The notes beneath the pieces are model-generated. The model had not been told where the DNA came from, searched no databases, and worked only from the letters and a program-made list of their open reading frames with translations. Shown in pieces: positions 47,577 to 56,966 of a stretch of DNA of 64,000 nt. Where the stretch lies: positions 2,727 through 66,726 of the forward strand of contig CAYZJQ010000001.1 of assembly GCA_964478805.1 (NCBI GenBank), read 5' to 3'. The first letter of the stretch is position 1. Each line of letters starts with the position of its first letter. Made by a program: the position numbers and the translations under genes. Origin of the DNA: an uncultured Halobacteriales archaeon (GTDB lineage Archaea; Halobacteriota; Halobacteria; Halobacteriales; Haloarculaceae).

Positions 47577-48713
47577 TTACTGGCCGAACACGGTTGTCTC
47601 GGGATAGAACGACTGCCACGCAAAGAAGAACAGCGGGGATCGATTATTCGCCGGCTGGAGCGTGGTCCCTGTGAGCGGGCCGTCCATCGCCATCCCCGTC
47701 AGAGGGTTCCACGTCGAGTCGCCCGCGACGAGGTGCGCGTCGTCACCGTCGCCAGCCCACGAGAACGTGAGCGTGCGATCATCGACTCGGCGCTCGTAGC
47801 TGACCAGCGACCCCTCCTCGCGGCCCGAGACGACGACAACGACGGGCGTGTCTGCCACGCGGTCGTTGACGACGCCGCCTGCCTCAACGACCGCCGGGAG
47901 CGGGTAAGCGCGCGCTGTGTCGCCGCGGACGACCCCGAGCACCTGGGTCTTTGGATGGAGCGGGCCATCGTAGCTGCCGCCGATCCCGATACGCCGGTTG
48001 GAGTCGTATCCAGCGTACGGGTCGCGGTCGTAATCGCGCGGCGGTGCGTCAGTAATGGTGAACGATTGGGGGGGCGGTAACAGGACCGTCGTCTCGGGGT
48101 GGGTGTCCTTCCACTCCCCCCAGTCGGTCAGCGTCGAAGGGACGAGTTCAAGTCGCTCGCCGGTCAGCGGGCCGTTGATCGCCCGCGCCTCGATCTGGCT
48201 CCACAGCGAGTTGGTTGCGTTATCATACATCACCAGATCGTTTTTATACAATAGCCCAGAGACCCCGAAAGTCGTCTGCTCGCCGCCAGCCTCACGGACC
48301 GCGGTCACCGCCGAGCCACACAACGGGCAGTACGTGACGAGCAGCGGCCCGCCGAACGTGTCGTTGACGATCTCGTGCCAGTTGAGAACGCGCAGAGGGT
48401 ATGCCCGTGCCTCGCCGTTGCGGACAATCCCAACGACATCGTTGGTATCGAGCAGTGGGGCAGCATCAGTGTCGGTCCAGTCGGTTCCGAACGACGGATC
48501 GGTGATCGCCGGGATGGCGTCTTTCGCCGCGCCGCGTTGCAGGTCCGATCGAGGTACCTGGCCGGCGGGCTGATCGGTGACAGTCGCCGCTGTTGGCTCG
48601 GTAGCGGTCGTAGTGTCAGTTCCTTCCGTGGACGTCCCGCCGATTCCCGAACACCCCGCGAGCGTGCCGACGCCCGCCGTTCCCAGTAGCGCGAGCCACC
48701 GCCGTCTGTGCAT
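47577..48713 (-). CDS. DUF3179 lipoprotein
   Basis: RRRW Tat motif, LAGC, DAIPAI, AYPLRVLNWHEIVND, TYCPLCGS, GVSGLLY, SLWSQ. Confidence 0.88.
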   Translation of the reverse strand: MHRRRWLALLGTAGVGTLAGCSGIGGTSTEGTDTTTATEPTAATVTDQPAGQVPRSDLQRGAAKDAIPAITDPSFGTDWTDTDAAPLLDTNDVVGIVRNGEARAYPLRVLNWHEIVNDTFGGPLLVTYCPLCGSAVTAVREAGGEQTTFGVSGLLYKNDLVMYDNATNSLWSQIEARAINGPLTGERLELVPSTLTDWGEWKDTHPETTVLLPPPQSFTITDAPPRDYDRDPYAGYDSNRRIGIGGSYDGPLHPKTQVLGVVRGDTARAYPLPAVVEAGGVVNDRVADTPVVVVVSGREEGSLVSYERRVDDRTLTFSWAGDGDDAHLVAGDSTWNPLTGMAMDGPLTGTTLQPANNRSPLFFFAWQSFYPETTVFGQ

Positions 48714-48813
48714 ACCGCTATCATGATCTGGACCGATATAAGCCGTCAGGGGGTCGTGTGCCGCTCGCTCACGAACGGCCTACGGCTATAATTCGGGCGG
48801 TTGTTGTACTCGT

Positions 48814-49326
48814 ATGAAGCGGCGCGAGTACCTCACGACCGGGACAGCAGGACTCGCCGCCGTGGCGCTGGCTGGCTGTCTCGGCGTCGGTGGCGGGACG
48901 GAGACGGCGTCGCCTGGGACGAACGAACTCGCGGCCCTCGACGCGGCCGGCTCGCCCGGCGGTGTCGTGCCGGTCCTGCCAGACGGCGAGCCGGCGCTGC
49001 TCGACTTCTGGGCGACGTGGTGTGCGCCCTGCAAGCCGCAGATGGCCGAACTCCGGGCGGTGCACGAGCGGTTCCCCGATCTTCACATACTCTCAATCAC
49101 CAACGAGCGTGACGAACCCGCGATCCGCGAGTTCTGGCAGGAGTACGAGGGGACTTGGCCGGTCGCAGCCGATCCCGAACTGCAAACGAACCAGCGGTTC
49201 GACGTGACACGCATCCCGACGTTGCTCGTGTTCGACCAGACCGGCGCAGTAACGTGGCGCCACGTCGGGCTTGCAGCCGCCGAGTCGATCGGCCGAGAAC
49301 TGGAGGCCGTGGGGGTCCAGGGCTGA
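48814..49326 (+). CDS. TlpA-family thiol:disulfide oxidoreductase lipoprotein
   Basis: KRREY Tat motif, LAGC, DFWATWCAPC, IPT. Confidence 0.9.
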   Translation: MKRREYLTTGTAGLAAVALAGCLGVGGGTETASPGTNELAALDAAGSPGGVVPVLPDGEPALLDFWATWCAPCKPQMAELRAVHERFPDLHILSITNERDEPAIREFWQEYEGTWPVAADPELQTNQRFDVTRIPTLLVFDQTGAVTWRHVGLAAAESIGRELEAVGVQG

Positions 49327-50027
49327 TGGCGACAGGGCTGGCGCCGGGCTTCGCGTTTGCTGCCGGCGTGGCCACCTTTTTCGCGCCCTGTGCCTTCCCG
49401 CTCTTACCGGGCTACGTCGCTTTCTATCTCGGGAGCGATGAAGACGCGGTCGGCGTGGCCGGCCGGCTCCGCCGCGCTGGAGTCGTCGGCGCGCTCACGA
49501 GCGCAGGCTTCCTGCTCGTCTACGGCGTGCTGGCAGGGGTTGTCGCTGCCGCGGGGGCGGGTGCGCTCCGCGACGTGGCACTGCTTGAGCCAGTCGTCGG
49601 CGCGCTCTTGCTGGTGTTAGGCGTGGCGACGGTCGCCGGCTACGCGCCGACATCGCACGTCCCGTTACCGACGCGAAGACGCTCTGCCGCTGGGTTCCTC
49701 GGCTTCGGGGTCATCTACGCGGCCGCCGCCGCGGGCTGTACGGCACCAATCTTCGTCGCTGTCGCGCTTCTTGCACTGTCGGGGACGCCGGCAGCCGCTC
49801 TCGTCACACTCGGTGCTTACGCCGCCGGGATGGTCGTGATGATGCTCACCGTGACTGCGCTGTCGGCGCTCGGTCGCAACCGCCTGCTGCGCGTGCTCTC
49901 GCAGTCGACCGGGCGGCTCTCGCGGGCTGCCGGTGGGCTGCTCGCGTTTGCCGGGGTCGCACAGATCTACCTCTGGTACTTCGATTTCGACGTGCTCGGT
50001 GGCTTGCGGGCGCTCGGACTTTTGTGA
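49326..50027 (+). CDS. ccdA: CcdA/DsbD-type transmembrane disulfide reductase
   Basis: FFAPCAFPLLPGY and GCTAP Cys pair; coupled to tlpA. Confidence 0.85.
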   Translation: MATGLAPGFAFAAGVATFFAPCAFPLLPGYVAFYLGSDEDAVGVAGRLRRAGVVGALTSAGFLLVYGVLAGVVAAAGAGALRDVALLEPVVGALLLVLGVATVAGYAPTSHVPLPTRRRSAAGFLGFGVIYAAAAAGCTAPIFVAVALLALSGTPAAALVTLGAYAAGMVVMMLTVTALSALGRNRLLRVLSQSTGRLSRAAGGLLAFAGVAQIYLWYFDFDVLGGLRALGLL

Positions 50028-50047
50028 CGCCAGGTCGAGTGACGCAT

Positions 50048-50389
50048 ATGGAACCGTTCGACGGTATCACGTTCTTTCGGACCGGCGCGCGCGAGCAGGT
50101 AGTCGCGTTCTACCGCGACCGGCTGGGTTGCACCGTCTGGCGCGAACAGCCTGACTGCACGATACTCCACCGCGACGGCTACGCGCTAGGGTTCTGTGCC
50201 CGGGAGCCCGTGGAGACGGACGGCTGCCTTACCTTCCTCCACGACGACCGCGCCGGCGTCGACGCCGACCACGAGCGGCTGGCCGATGTCGCCGACGGCG
50301 AGCCGCGGGTCAACGACACCTACGCGATCTACCAGTTCTTCGCCCACGACCCAGAGGGCCGGACGGTCGAGGTGCAGACCTTCGAGTGA
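50048..50389 (+). CDS. VOC/glyoxalase-family protein
   Basis: FYRDRLG, FFAHDPEGRTVEVQ. Confidence 0.85.
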   Translation: MEPFDGITFFRTGAREQVVAFYRDRLGCTVWREQPDCTILHRDGYALGFCAREPVETDGCLTFLHDDRAGVDADHERLADVADGEPRVNDTYAIYQFFAHDPEGRTVEVQTFE

Positions 50390-50398
50390 CAGGGCCGA

Positions 50399-50971
50399 CT
50401 ACTCCGACCACGCGCGGACAGCGACCCAGACGGCCCAGGCGTTGAAGAGCGTCGAGCCGACGAATTCTGGGACGGCCAGTCCGGGTAGCACACCGGTCAG
50501 TGTCGTTCCCCACAGCACCCAGAACAGGAGATGGACGAACCCGTCGGCGACAGCAACGGCGCCGCGTCGTGTCCTGCCGACACGAAGGTCACCAATTCCG
50601 TGGAGTAGGGGGGCAATGACGAACCCGAGATACGCCGTCGCCGCCGCGGGAAAATGGAGCGCTGTCCCGGCCGGGAACAAGCCGACCCCGGTTACACCGA
50701 GCATCGCGGCCATGTATGGGAGAACCGCCGCGCGCCCGACGCTTGAGGCGGTCGCGAGCAGCGCGGGGACGAACCAGAGTCCGAGCAGACCGGCGGCGAT
50801 AAGCCCGTAGTTGAACAAAAGCCGCTCTGGGGCATCGCTGGTCCCAAGATCGGAGAGGGCGTTGCCGGTCCATGAAAACCACGGCGCCGCGAACGTGGCG
50901 GCGAGGATAGCGACGAGTGAGACAACGACAGCCGCGACGCCCAGCGCCGCAGACCGCTGTGTCGCGTTCAC
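50399..50971 (-). CDS. DUF998 membrane protein
   Basis: PWFSWTGNALSDLG, LFNYGLI, VGLFP, LH; GTG start assumed. Confidence 0.8.
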   Translation of the reverse strand: MNATQRSAALGVAAVVVSLVAILAATFAAPWFSWTGNALSDLGTSDAPERLLFNYGLIAAGLLGLWFVPALLATASSVGRAAVLPYMAAMLGVTGVGLFPAGTALHFPAAATAYLGFVIAPLLHGIGDLRVGRTRRGAVAVADGFVHLLFWVLWGTTLTGVLPGLAVPEFVGSTLFNAWAVWVAVRAWSE

Positions 50972-51014
50972 GCTCGCCCATATCGGTCCACCCGAATAAA
51001 TCCACCCACGGCGG

Positions 51015-52550
51015 TCACTCGCCGGCTGGCGATCCGGCGGGTCGGTCCGTCGGCAGGGTAGCGGGTGGGGTCTCCAGCCGGCGACGGCGCGCGTCGCGGG
51101 ACTCGGCAAGCGCCGCATCAAAACGACGTTCCAGTTCCGCGCCGAGTTCACGGGCGCGCTCTGCGTCGGCGTCAAGCGCGCGGGCGTCCGTGGCGCCGAA
51201 CCCTTGAGAACCAGCAGTGTCAACGACTAACGTCGCGAGTTCGCGCCGGCGCTGGAACACCGAGGCGCTGTGAACCAGTGTCTGCACGCGGTAGTAGGGG
51301 ACAACCCGCGTGCGCCGTGTCCAGAACCCTTCACGAGCGATGAAGTGGTCGTCCGTCAGCGCGTAGCCGAGGTTCGCCCACTTCAGGTGGGCAGCCACCG
51401 GCGCAAGCAGGGTGAGTCCAAGCGTCGCGAGCGGCGGGAACGGCACCGGGAGCCCGGTGAACTGGACTAGACCTGCGAAGATTGCGGTGAGAACGACGAT
51501 GACGAGCGTGTAGCGAACGACGTAGCGGGTTCGGGCACGCTTCGGTGGCCGCTCGAAATCGACGTCAGTAAACGGCTCGACCTGTTTGGCGAGTTCCAGC
51601 ACACGGTCTCGTCGTGCTAGCGGCACCGCCGACTGGGCACCGCTTCCGTCGCTCCCGCCTGGGGCGTAGCCAGCCGTTTCTACCTCTAAGGAGGCATAGC
51701 CGACGCGGCGCGCCAACGCGTTCTCTGTAATGACGACCGATTGGACCTTATCGAGCGGGATGGTGCCGCTGTACTCCTGAAGAAGTCCTCGCCGATAGCG
51801 GAGCTCACCGTCGCCCCGCGAGAGGACGAACTTGTAGTAGCTGGCGACGGCAGCGAGCGAGGAGACTACCAGCGCGAGCAAGACGATCCCGCCGAGAAGC
51901 AGCGGCGCGGCACGGAGTAGGTCGACCAGGGGGAACGTCTCCGAGACCGACGGGACAAGGAAGGGGACGACGACAGTGGCGAAAGACAGCAGCCGGAGAT
52001 CGACGCGCACGACGCCAAGCAGGAACAGCTCGCGAGACGTGATGGCGAACAGTTCGGTGTCGGGCTCGGGGGGGGTCTCTCGTCCGGTCGCGTCAGTCGT
52101 CTCACCGCGCTTACGCTGGCCAATCTCACGCTGAAGCCGCGTTGCCTCACCGCTGTCAACATAGCGGAGGTGCGCCTCCGTCTCACCGCCACCGGCGGTC
52201 TCGATACGGACCTCTGCGATACCGAGCACCCGCTGAACCGGGTTTCGCGAGACGTCGACGTTCTGAACCCGGCCGTAGGGGATCTCACGGTTTGTGCGCG
52301 AGACGACGCCGGACTGGAGGTCGAAAGTGTCGGCAGTCAGTTCGTAGGCGAACCGGCGGACGTACGCGACCTGGTAGGCCAGTGCAAGTAACAGAACGCC
52401 GAATAGGAGCGCGCCCGCCCCGCCGACAAACCCGTCGAACTGCGAGGTGGAGACGACGCCGATGATGAGCACCCATGCGAACCGGATTACCGACGACACC
52501 GCCCGGTACGGCACCGAGAGCGGGTGAAGGCGGCGGACACTCCCGGTCAT
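51015..52550 (-). CDS. Bacterial PH-domain membrane protein (YdbT-like)
   Basis: RLHPLS; three bPH_2 repeats (IPYGRVQNVD, IPLDKVQSV, VPYYRVQT). Confidence 0.88.
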   Translation of the reverse strand: MTGSVRRLHPLSVPYRAVSSVIRFAWVLIIGVVSTSQFDGFVGGAGALLFGVLLLALAYQVAYVRRFAYELTADTFDLQSGVVSRTNREIPYGRVQNVDVSRNPVQRVLGIAEVRIETAGGGETEAHLRYVDSGEATRLQREIGQRKRGETTDATGRETPPEPDTELFAITSRELFLLGVVRVDLRLLSFATVVVPFLVPSVSETFPLVDLLRAAPLLLGGIVLLALVVSSLAAVASYYKFVLSRGDGELRYRRGLLQEYSGTIPLDKVQSVVITENALARRVGYASLEVETAGYAPGGSDGSGAQSAVPLARRDRVLELAKQVEPFTDVDFERPPKRARTRYVVRYTLVIVVLTAIFAGLVQFTGLPVPFPPLATLGLTLLAPVAAHLKWANLGYALTDDHFIAREGFWTRRTRVVPYYRVQTLVHSASVFQRRRELATLVVDTAGSQGFGATDARALDADAERARELGAELERRFDAALAESRDARRRRLETPPATLPTDRPAGSPAGE

Positions 52551-53122
52551 ACGGCGTCCTCGCCCTCAGCGGCGATGGCGAGCTGTTTCAGCCGGCGCTG
52601 GAGGTCATCGGCCCGGTCCAAGGCGACGCCGGGAACAGTCACGTCGGCGCCGCGTGAGCCAGCGGTATAAACGACGACCGACCCCAGCCCGAGCAGGCGT
52701 TCGAGCGGGCCGCGAGAGACGTCGACATGCTGAATCCGGACGTACGGAACGACGGTACGTACGCGAGTGAACACGCCGCGTTCGAGGAACAGCGAGTCCT
52801 CGCGCACCTCGTAGCGCCACACGCGGTAGCGAAGGACGACGAGCACCAGCCCGAACAGCAGGAAGAAGCCGAATACCGCGCCGCCCGGAACCAGCGGGTC
52901 GTCGAGCAGGACGAACCCGGCTGCAGCAGCGACGGCGCCGAAGACACTCGCGGCGACGACCGCGCCGACTGCCCAGATGACCCGTACCCGCGGGTGGAGC
53001 CGCCGCTCCGGGCCGACGAGCGCCTCGACAGGCGGCAGGTCGGCGGCATCGCGCACTGACTCCTCGTCGCCCGCGGCGGCGCCGACGCGCCGGACCGCCG
53101 GTTCGACCCCCTCGTCGCTCAT
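52547..53122 (-). CDS. Bacterial PH-domain membrane protein (YdbS-like)
   Basis: RYRVWRYEV, VPYVRIQHVD...GPLERLLGL, TAGS. Confidence 0.88.
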   Translation of the reverse strand: MSDEGVEPAVRRVGAAAGDEESVRDAADLPPVEALVGPERRLHPRVRVIWAVGAVVAASVFGAVAAAAGFVLLDDPLVPGGAVFGFFLLFGLVLVVLRYRVWRYEVREDSLFLERGVFTRVRTVVPYVRIQHVDVSRGPLERLLGLGSVVVYTAGSRGADVTVPGVALDRADDLQRRLKQLAIAAEGEDAV

Positions 53123-53150
53123 TGTCGGCCCCTCATGCTCGGGCTACTAA

Positions 53151-53852
53151 TCACGCCCGGTGGACGCGTCCGGCGGTCACCTCGATCCGCGGCGAATAGA
53201 GGAGATGCGGGTCGCCATCGGGTCGGTCGAAGCCGTTGACGTCGAACAGGTCGTTTGCGCGGAACTCAGCCGTCGCCGCCGCGAGCGGCCACGGCTCGTG
53301 GGCGATGTCGCCGTAGTAGAGGTGGTCGCCGCCGGCAGTGTAGAAGCGATACCGCTCCGTGAGGAAGTGCGGCAGACTCCCGGGGTCGGCGGTGAACTGG
53401 TCTCCCGCCGGGCCGTAGGTCGCGACGAAGGCTGCCGAGCCGTCCGGCCGCCGCGACCGGAATGTCACCTGGCGGCCTCGCCGCTCAACGGTCATCTCTG
53501 CGCGGAAATAGGGGAGTTCGAACAGCCGGCGGGCGAAGAAGACGCCCAGCCGGTCGTCCGCGTCGAGGTTGAAGAAGTAGACGCCGCGGGTCCCGTCCGG
53601 CCCTTGGACGTACGTGCGGAGGTTCACCTCGCCGAAGGAGAGACCGACTGGGATTCCGCGAGGACTGATGTCGTCCATCACGAATGGGACGACGCCGAGG
53701 TATGCCTGCCCTTCGTGAGTGTCGATCGAGAGACGGTCCGGAAGTCGCTGGGCCACGAGCGACTCGGGAACCGCCCAGTGGGCGAACAGCGCGTCCCGCC
53801 ACGTCATCGTCAGTAGCGACCGGGTCGCTGTCGCACCCTCCTGACTGCTCAT
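53151..53852 (-). CDS. YqjF/DUF2071-family protein
   Basis: WRDALFAHW, VVPF, EVNLRTYV, GVYFFNLDA, FLTERY, HEPWPL. Confidence 0.88.
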   Translation of the reverse strand: MSSQEGATATRSLLTMTWRDALFAHWAVPESLVAQRLPDRLSIDTHEGQAYLGVVPFVMDDISPRGIPVGLSFGEVNLRTYVQGPDGTRGVYFFNLDADDRLGVFFARRLFELPYFRAEMTVERRGRQVTFRSRRPDGSAAFVATYGPAGDQFTADPGSLPHFLTERYRFYTAGGDHLYYGDIAHEPWPLAAATAEFRANDLFDVNGFDRPDGDPHLLYSPRIEVTAGRVHRA

Positions 53853-53956
53853 ATATCATAGAGGAGCGCCGCGGGCTTGGGGCTGACGCCCGCGGAGGGT
53901 CAAACCGGCATTTGAGATTACGGTGTGGCCTTTTGTGTAGGCTCGAACACCCGGCC

Positions 53957-54862
53957 ATGCGACGCACACACCTCGGAACCGTACTGGTCGTCTTCTTGCT
54001 CGTCCTCGCTGGCTGTTCGGGGGCGGGCGGCGGCGAGGCCGGTGGCGGCGGCGACGGCGGCTACGCCGCGTCGAACGACGCCGCGGCCGAAGCGACCGCC
54101 GCGGCGGCCGCGACCGCGACCCCAGCGGAGGAGTCACGGGCGAGCAGTGACGGCGGCGACGGGAGCGTCGTGGCACAGGCCGACCGTGCAATCATCCGCA
54201 CCGGTCGGATCGCACTCACTGTCGACTCATATGGCGATGTTCGCGACCGGATAGCGCGGCTAGCGCGCAACCGCGGCGGCTACGTCGCCACCAGCAGCCG
54301 CGAGACCCGCGGCGAGGGGAACTACACGTGGACGACGGGCCGAATCGTGATCCGGGTGCCGAGCGACGCATTTACCGAGAGCTTCGAGACGGTCGAATCG
54401 TACGGCGAGATTCGCACGTCCGCGGCCGACACGCAGGACGTGACCGACCGGCTCGTCGACATCGAGGCCCGACTTGAGACGCTGCGCGCCGAGCGGGACC
54501 GCTTGCGTGAACTCTACCGCGAGGCGAACGAGACCGATGATGTGCTCGAAATCTCCCGTGAGTTGAGCGACGTACAGGCGGAGATCGAGCGATTGACAGC
54601 CCAGAAGCGCGCGCTCGAGGATCGCGTCGCGTACTCAACGATCACCGTTGAACTCCGTGAAGAACCGCCCGAGCGACCAACTCCGACGCCTAAACCTGGC
54701 TACGCCGACACTGCGCTGGGCGCGGCATTCCTCGCCTCGGTTGACGGCGTTGTGACGGGGGTGAAGGCGGCCGCCGTGACCGTTGCGTATGTGCTCCCCT
54801 ACCTGTTCGCGTTCGGCCTTCCGCTCGCGGGCGTGAGTATCGTCGTCTCGCGGCGACTGTAA
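53957..54862 (+). CDS. DUF4349 lipoprotein
   Basis: LAGC lipobox, RAIIRTG, IRVPS, DVTDRLVDIEARL coiled coil, VAYSTITV, C-terminal TM. Confidence 0.85.
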   Translation: MRRTHLGTVLVVFLLVLAGCSGAGGGEAGGGGDGGYAASNDAAAEATAAAAATATPAEESRASSDGGDGSVVAQADRAIIRTGRIALTVDSYGDVRDRIARLARNRGGYVATSSRETRGEGNYTWTTGRIVIRVPSDAFTESFETVESYGEIRTSAADTQDVTDRLVDIEARLETLRAERDRLRELYREANETDDVLEISRELSDVQAEIERLTAQKRALEDRVAYSTITVELREEPPERPTPTPKPGYADTALGAAFLASVDGVVTGVKAAAVTVAYVLPYLFAFGLPLAGVSIVVSRRL

Positions 54863-54880
54863 TGAGTCGCCTTACTCCGG

Positions 54881-55858
54881 CTACGCGTGCCCGGAGACGC
54901 GAACCGCCTCGTACGGTTCTTCCAGCCACTCGATATCGGTGTCAGTGAGGTCGATGTCGAGCGCCGCCACCGCAGATTCGAGGTGTTCTATCGACGAGGC
55001 ACCAACTATGGGTGCGGTGACGGCGTCCTTCGAGAGCACCCACGCGAGCGCGATCTGTGCCATCTCTGCGTCGTACTCGGCGGCGAGTTCCGCGACTCGC
55101 TCGTTGATCTCTTGGCCGCCACGTTTTGCGTACGGATGTTCCTGCGCGTAATCGTCGGTCTTCGCGCGCTCCGTGCTCATGTACTCCTCGTGGGGACGGG
55201 TGAGGTAGCCGCGGGCGAGCGGAGACCACGGGATAACGCCCATCCTCTCCTGCTGGCAGTACGGGAGGACCTCGCGTTCCTCCTCGCGGTAGGCGAGATT
55301 GTAGTGGTTTTGCATCGTCGCGAACCGCTCGAGGCCGTGGTCATCGGCGATGTGTTGAGCGGTCGCGAGCTGGTAGGCCCACATCGACGAGGCGCCGACG
55401 TGACGGACTTTCCCGCGGCGGACGGCATCGTCGAGCGCGCGCAGCGTCGTCTCGACGGGCGTATCGTAGTCCCATCGATGGGTCTGGTAGAGGTCAACGG
55501 TGTCCATTCCGAGTCGCGCGAGCGAGGCGTCTAGCTCCTGTTCGATTGTCTTCCGGGAGAGGCCGCCGGAGTTGGGGTCCTCGTCGCGCATCTGGAAGAA
55601 CACCTTCGTGGCGACGACCTGCGCGTCGCGGTCGTACCCCGCCAGCGCGTCGCCAAGCACGCGCTCGCTCTCGCCGCGCGAGTACATGTTCGCGGTGTCG
55701 AAGAAGTTGATACCGAGGTCGGTGGCCCGCTCGACGAGTTCGTGGCCGAACTGCTCTCCCTGCACCCAGTCGCGCCACTCCGGGTCACCGAAGCTCATGC
55801 AGCCGAGACAGATCCGCGACACCTCGATGCCCGTGTCTCCAAGCGTCGTATACTCCAT
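54881..55858 (-). CDS. Aldo/keto reductase
   Basis: GINFFDTANMY, ATK, SLARLGMDTVDLYQTH, PWSPLARG, PIVG. Confidence 0.93.
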   Translation of the reverse strand: MEYTTLGDTGIEVSRICLGCMSFGDPEWRDWVQGEQFGHELVERATDLGINFFDTANMYSRGESERVLGDALAGYDRDAQVVATKVFFQMRDEDPNSGGLSRKTIEQELDASLARLGMDTVDLYQTHRWDYDTPVETTLRALDDAVRRGKVRHVGASSMWAYQLATAQHIADDHGLERFATMQNHYNLAYREEEREVLPYCQQERMGVIPWSPLARGYLTRPHEEYMSTERAKTDDYAQEHPYAKRGGQEINERVAELAAEYDAEMAQIALAWVLSKDAVTAPIVGASSIEHLESAVAALDIDLTDTDIEWLEEPYEAVRVSGHA

Positions 55859-55901
55859 GCGCGGCCGTCACCGGCGGGAGATAAAAAGCTACGCCGCCGG
55901 A

Positions 55902-56966
55902 TTACAGCGTCTCGGGGTCGATCCGCGCGACAAGCCGGCCAACTGCGAGAGTCCCGGCGACCGCAGCCAGGACCGTGACGGCCAGCGTCGTGTATGTCGT
56001 GGCCGTCGCGCTGCCAACCCCCACTCTGGCGACGGTCGTCGCGGGATGTTCCGGAACGAAGCCCGCGAGCGCGAACGCCGCAAGGACACCGAACGAGTAG
56101 CATAGCTGTGCTCGCCCACGCGTCGGGACGACCAGCGCGAGTGCAATGCCGACACCGACTAACAGAGTTGCAAGCACGAGCGCGTAGCCAACCAGCAGCG
56201 GCCACCCCCGAACGACAGTCCCGTTGGCGCTCAAGAGCACGATCCACAGCCCGACCTGTGCGGGCGCGAGCAACGCCATCGCGAGCCCCTTCCCCGCGAC
56301 CACCTCACCGAGCGAGACCGGCGCGACGCGGAGGAGCTCTAAAGTGCCCCGTTCCAGCTCCTCGACAACCGAGTCCACCGCGGTCGAGCCGGCGATGAAG
56401 GCCGGGAGCAACACGAGCAGCGGCAGCAGCACGGTATACGCGAAGCCGAAGTACGGGGTTCCTCCTGCGGGTTCTGGATACGGCGCCGGCTCTGTCTTGA
56501 GCGCGACCGCGCGGTCGGCCCGCTCTCGACGCTCGAGCGTCTCAAGGACGGCCCGCAGTTGGACGACGACGAGTGACTTTCGCAGGCTTGACTCGGGAAC
56601 CGTCGCTGTCACATCGATTCGGGTTCCGTCGCCCGCGTCGACAGTCCGTGCTACCGCGGTGGCGTCCACACGCCCTGCGTTGAACGCGGCTCGTAGCGCC
56701 TCGCGGTCGGCATAGCGGACGATCGTCACGCGGTCACGGTCAGCGGCCGCGTCGACCAGTGCCCCACTTGCCTCGCCGCTCACGCCGAGGTCGACCTCAC
56801 CGCCGGCCGTCGACGAGGGGTCGTACAGCGCAGCCAACCCGACGACGAGAAATGATGAAAAGGCCGCGACGAACAGCTGGACGACAAGGGCGAGTACGAG
56901 CGTCTTCTCGGCTGTGAGCGCCGACAGTTCACGGCGGGCGAGACGGACGACGCGCCCCGAGTTCAT
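55902..56966 (-). CDS. ABC-2 type transporter permease
   Basis: ARREL, DSVVEELERGTLELLRVAP...GK. Confidence 0.85.
   Translation of the reverse strand: MNSGRVVRLARRELSALTAEKTLVLALVVQLFVAAFSSFLVVGLAALYDPSSTAGGEVDLGVSGEASGALVDAAADRDRVTIVRYADREALRAAFNAGRVDATAVARTVDAGDGTRIDVTATVPESSLRKSLVVVQLRAVLETLERRERADRAVALKTEPAPYPEPAGGTPYFGFAYTVLLPLLVLLPAFIAGSTAVDSVVEELERGTLELLRVAPVSLGEVVAGKGLAMALLAPAQVGLWIVLLSANGTVVRGWPLLVGYALVLATLLVGVGIALALVVPTRGRAQLCYSFGVLAAFALAGFVPEHPATTVARVGVGSATATTYTTLAVTVLAAVAGTLAVGRLVARIDPETL

Noticed and set aside
53869..53903. Hairpin CCGCGGGC..GCCCGCGG followed by AGGGTCAA
   Set aside because: Loop length and spacing differ from the other right ends and there is no matching guide; likely an ordinary intergenic hairpin
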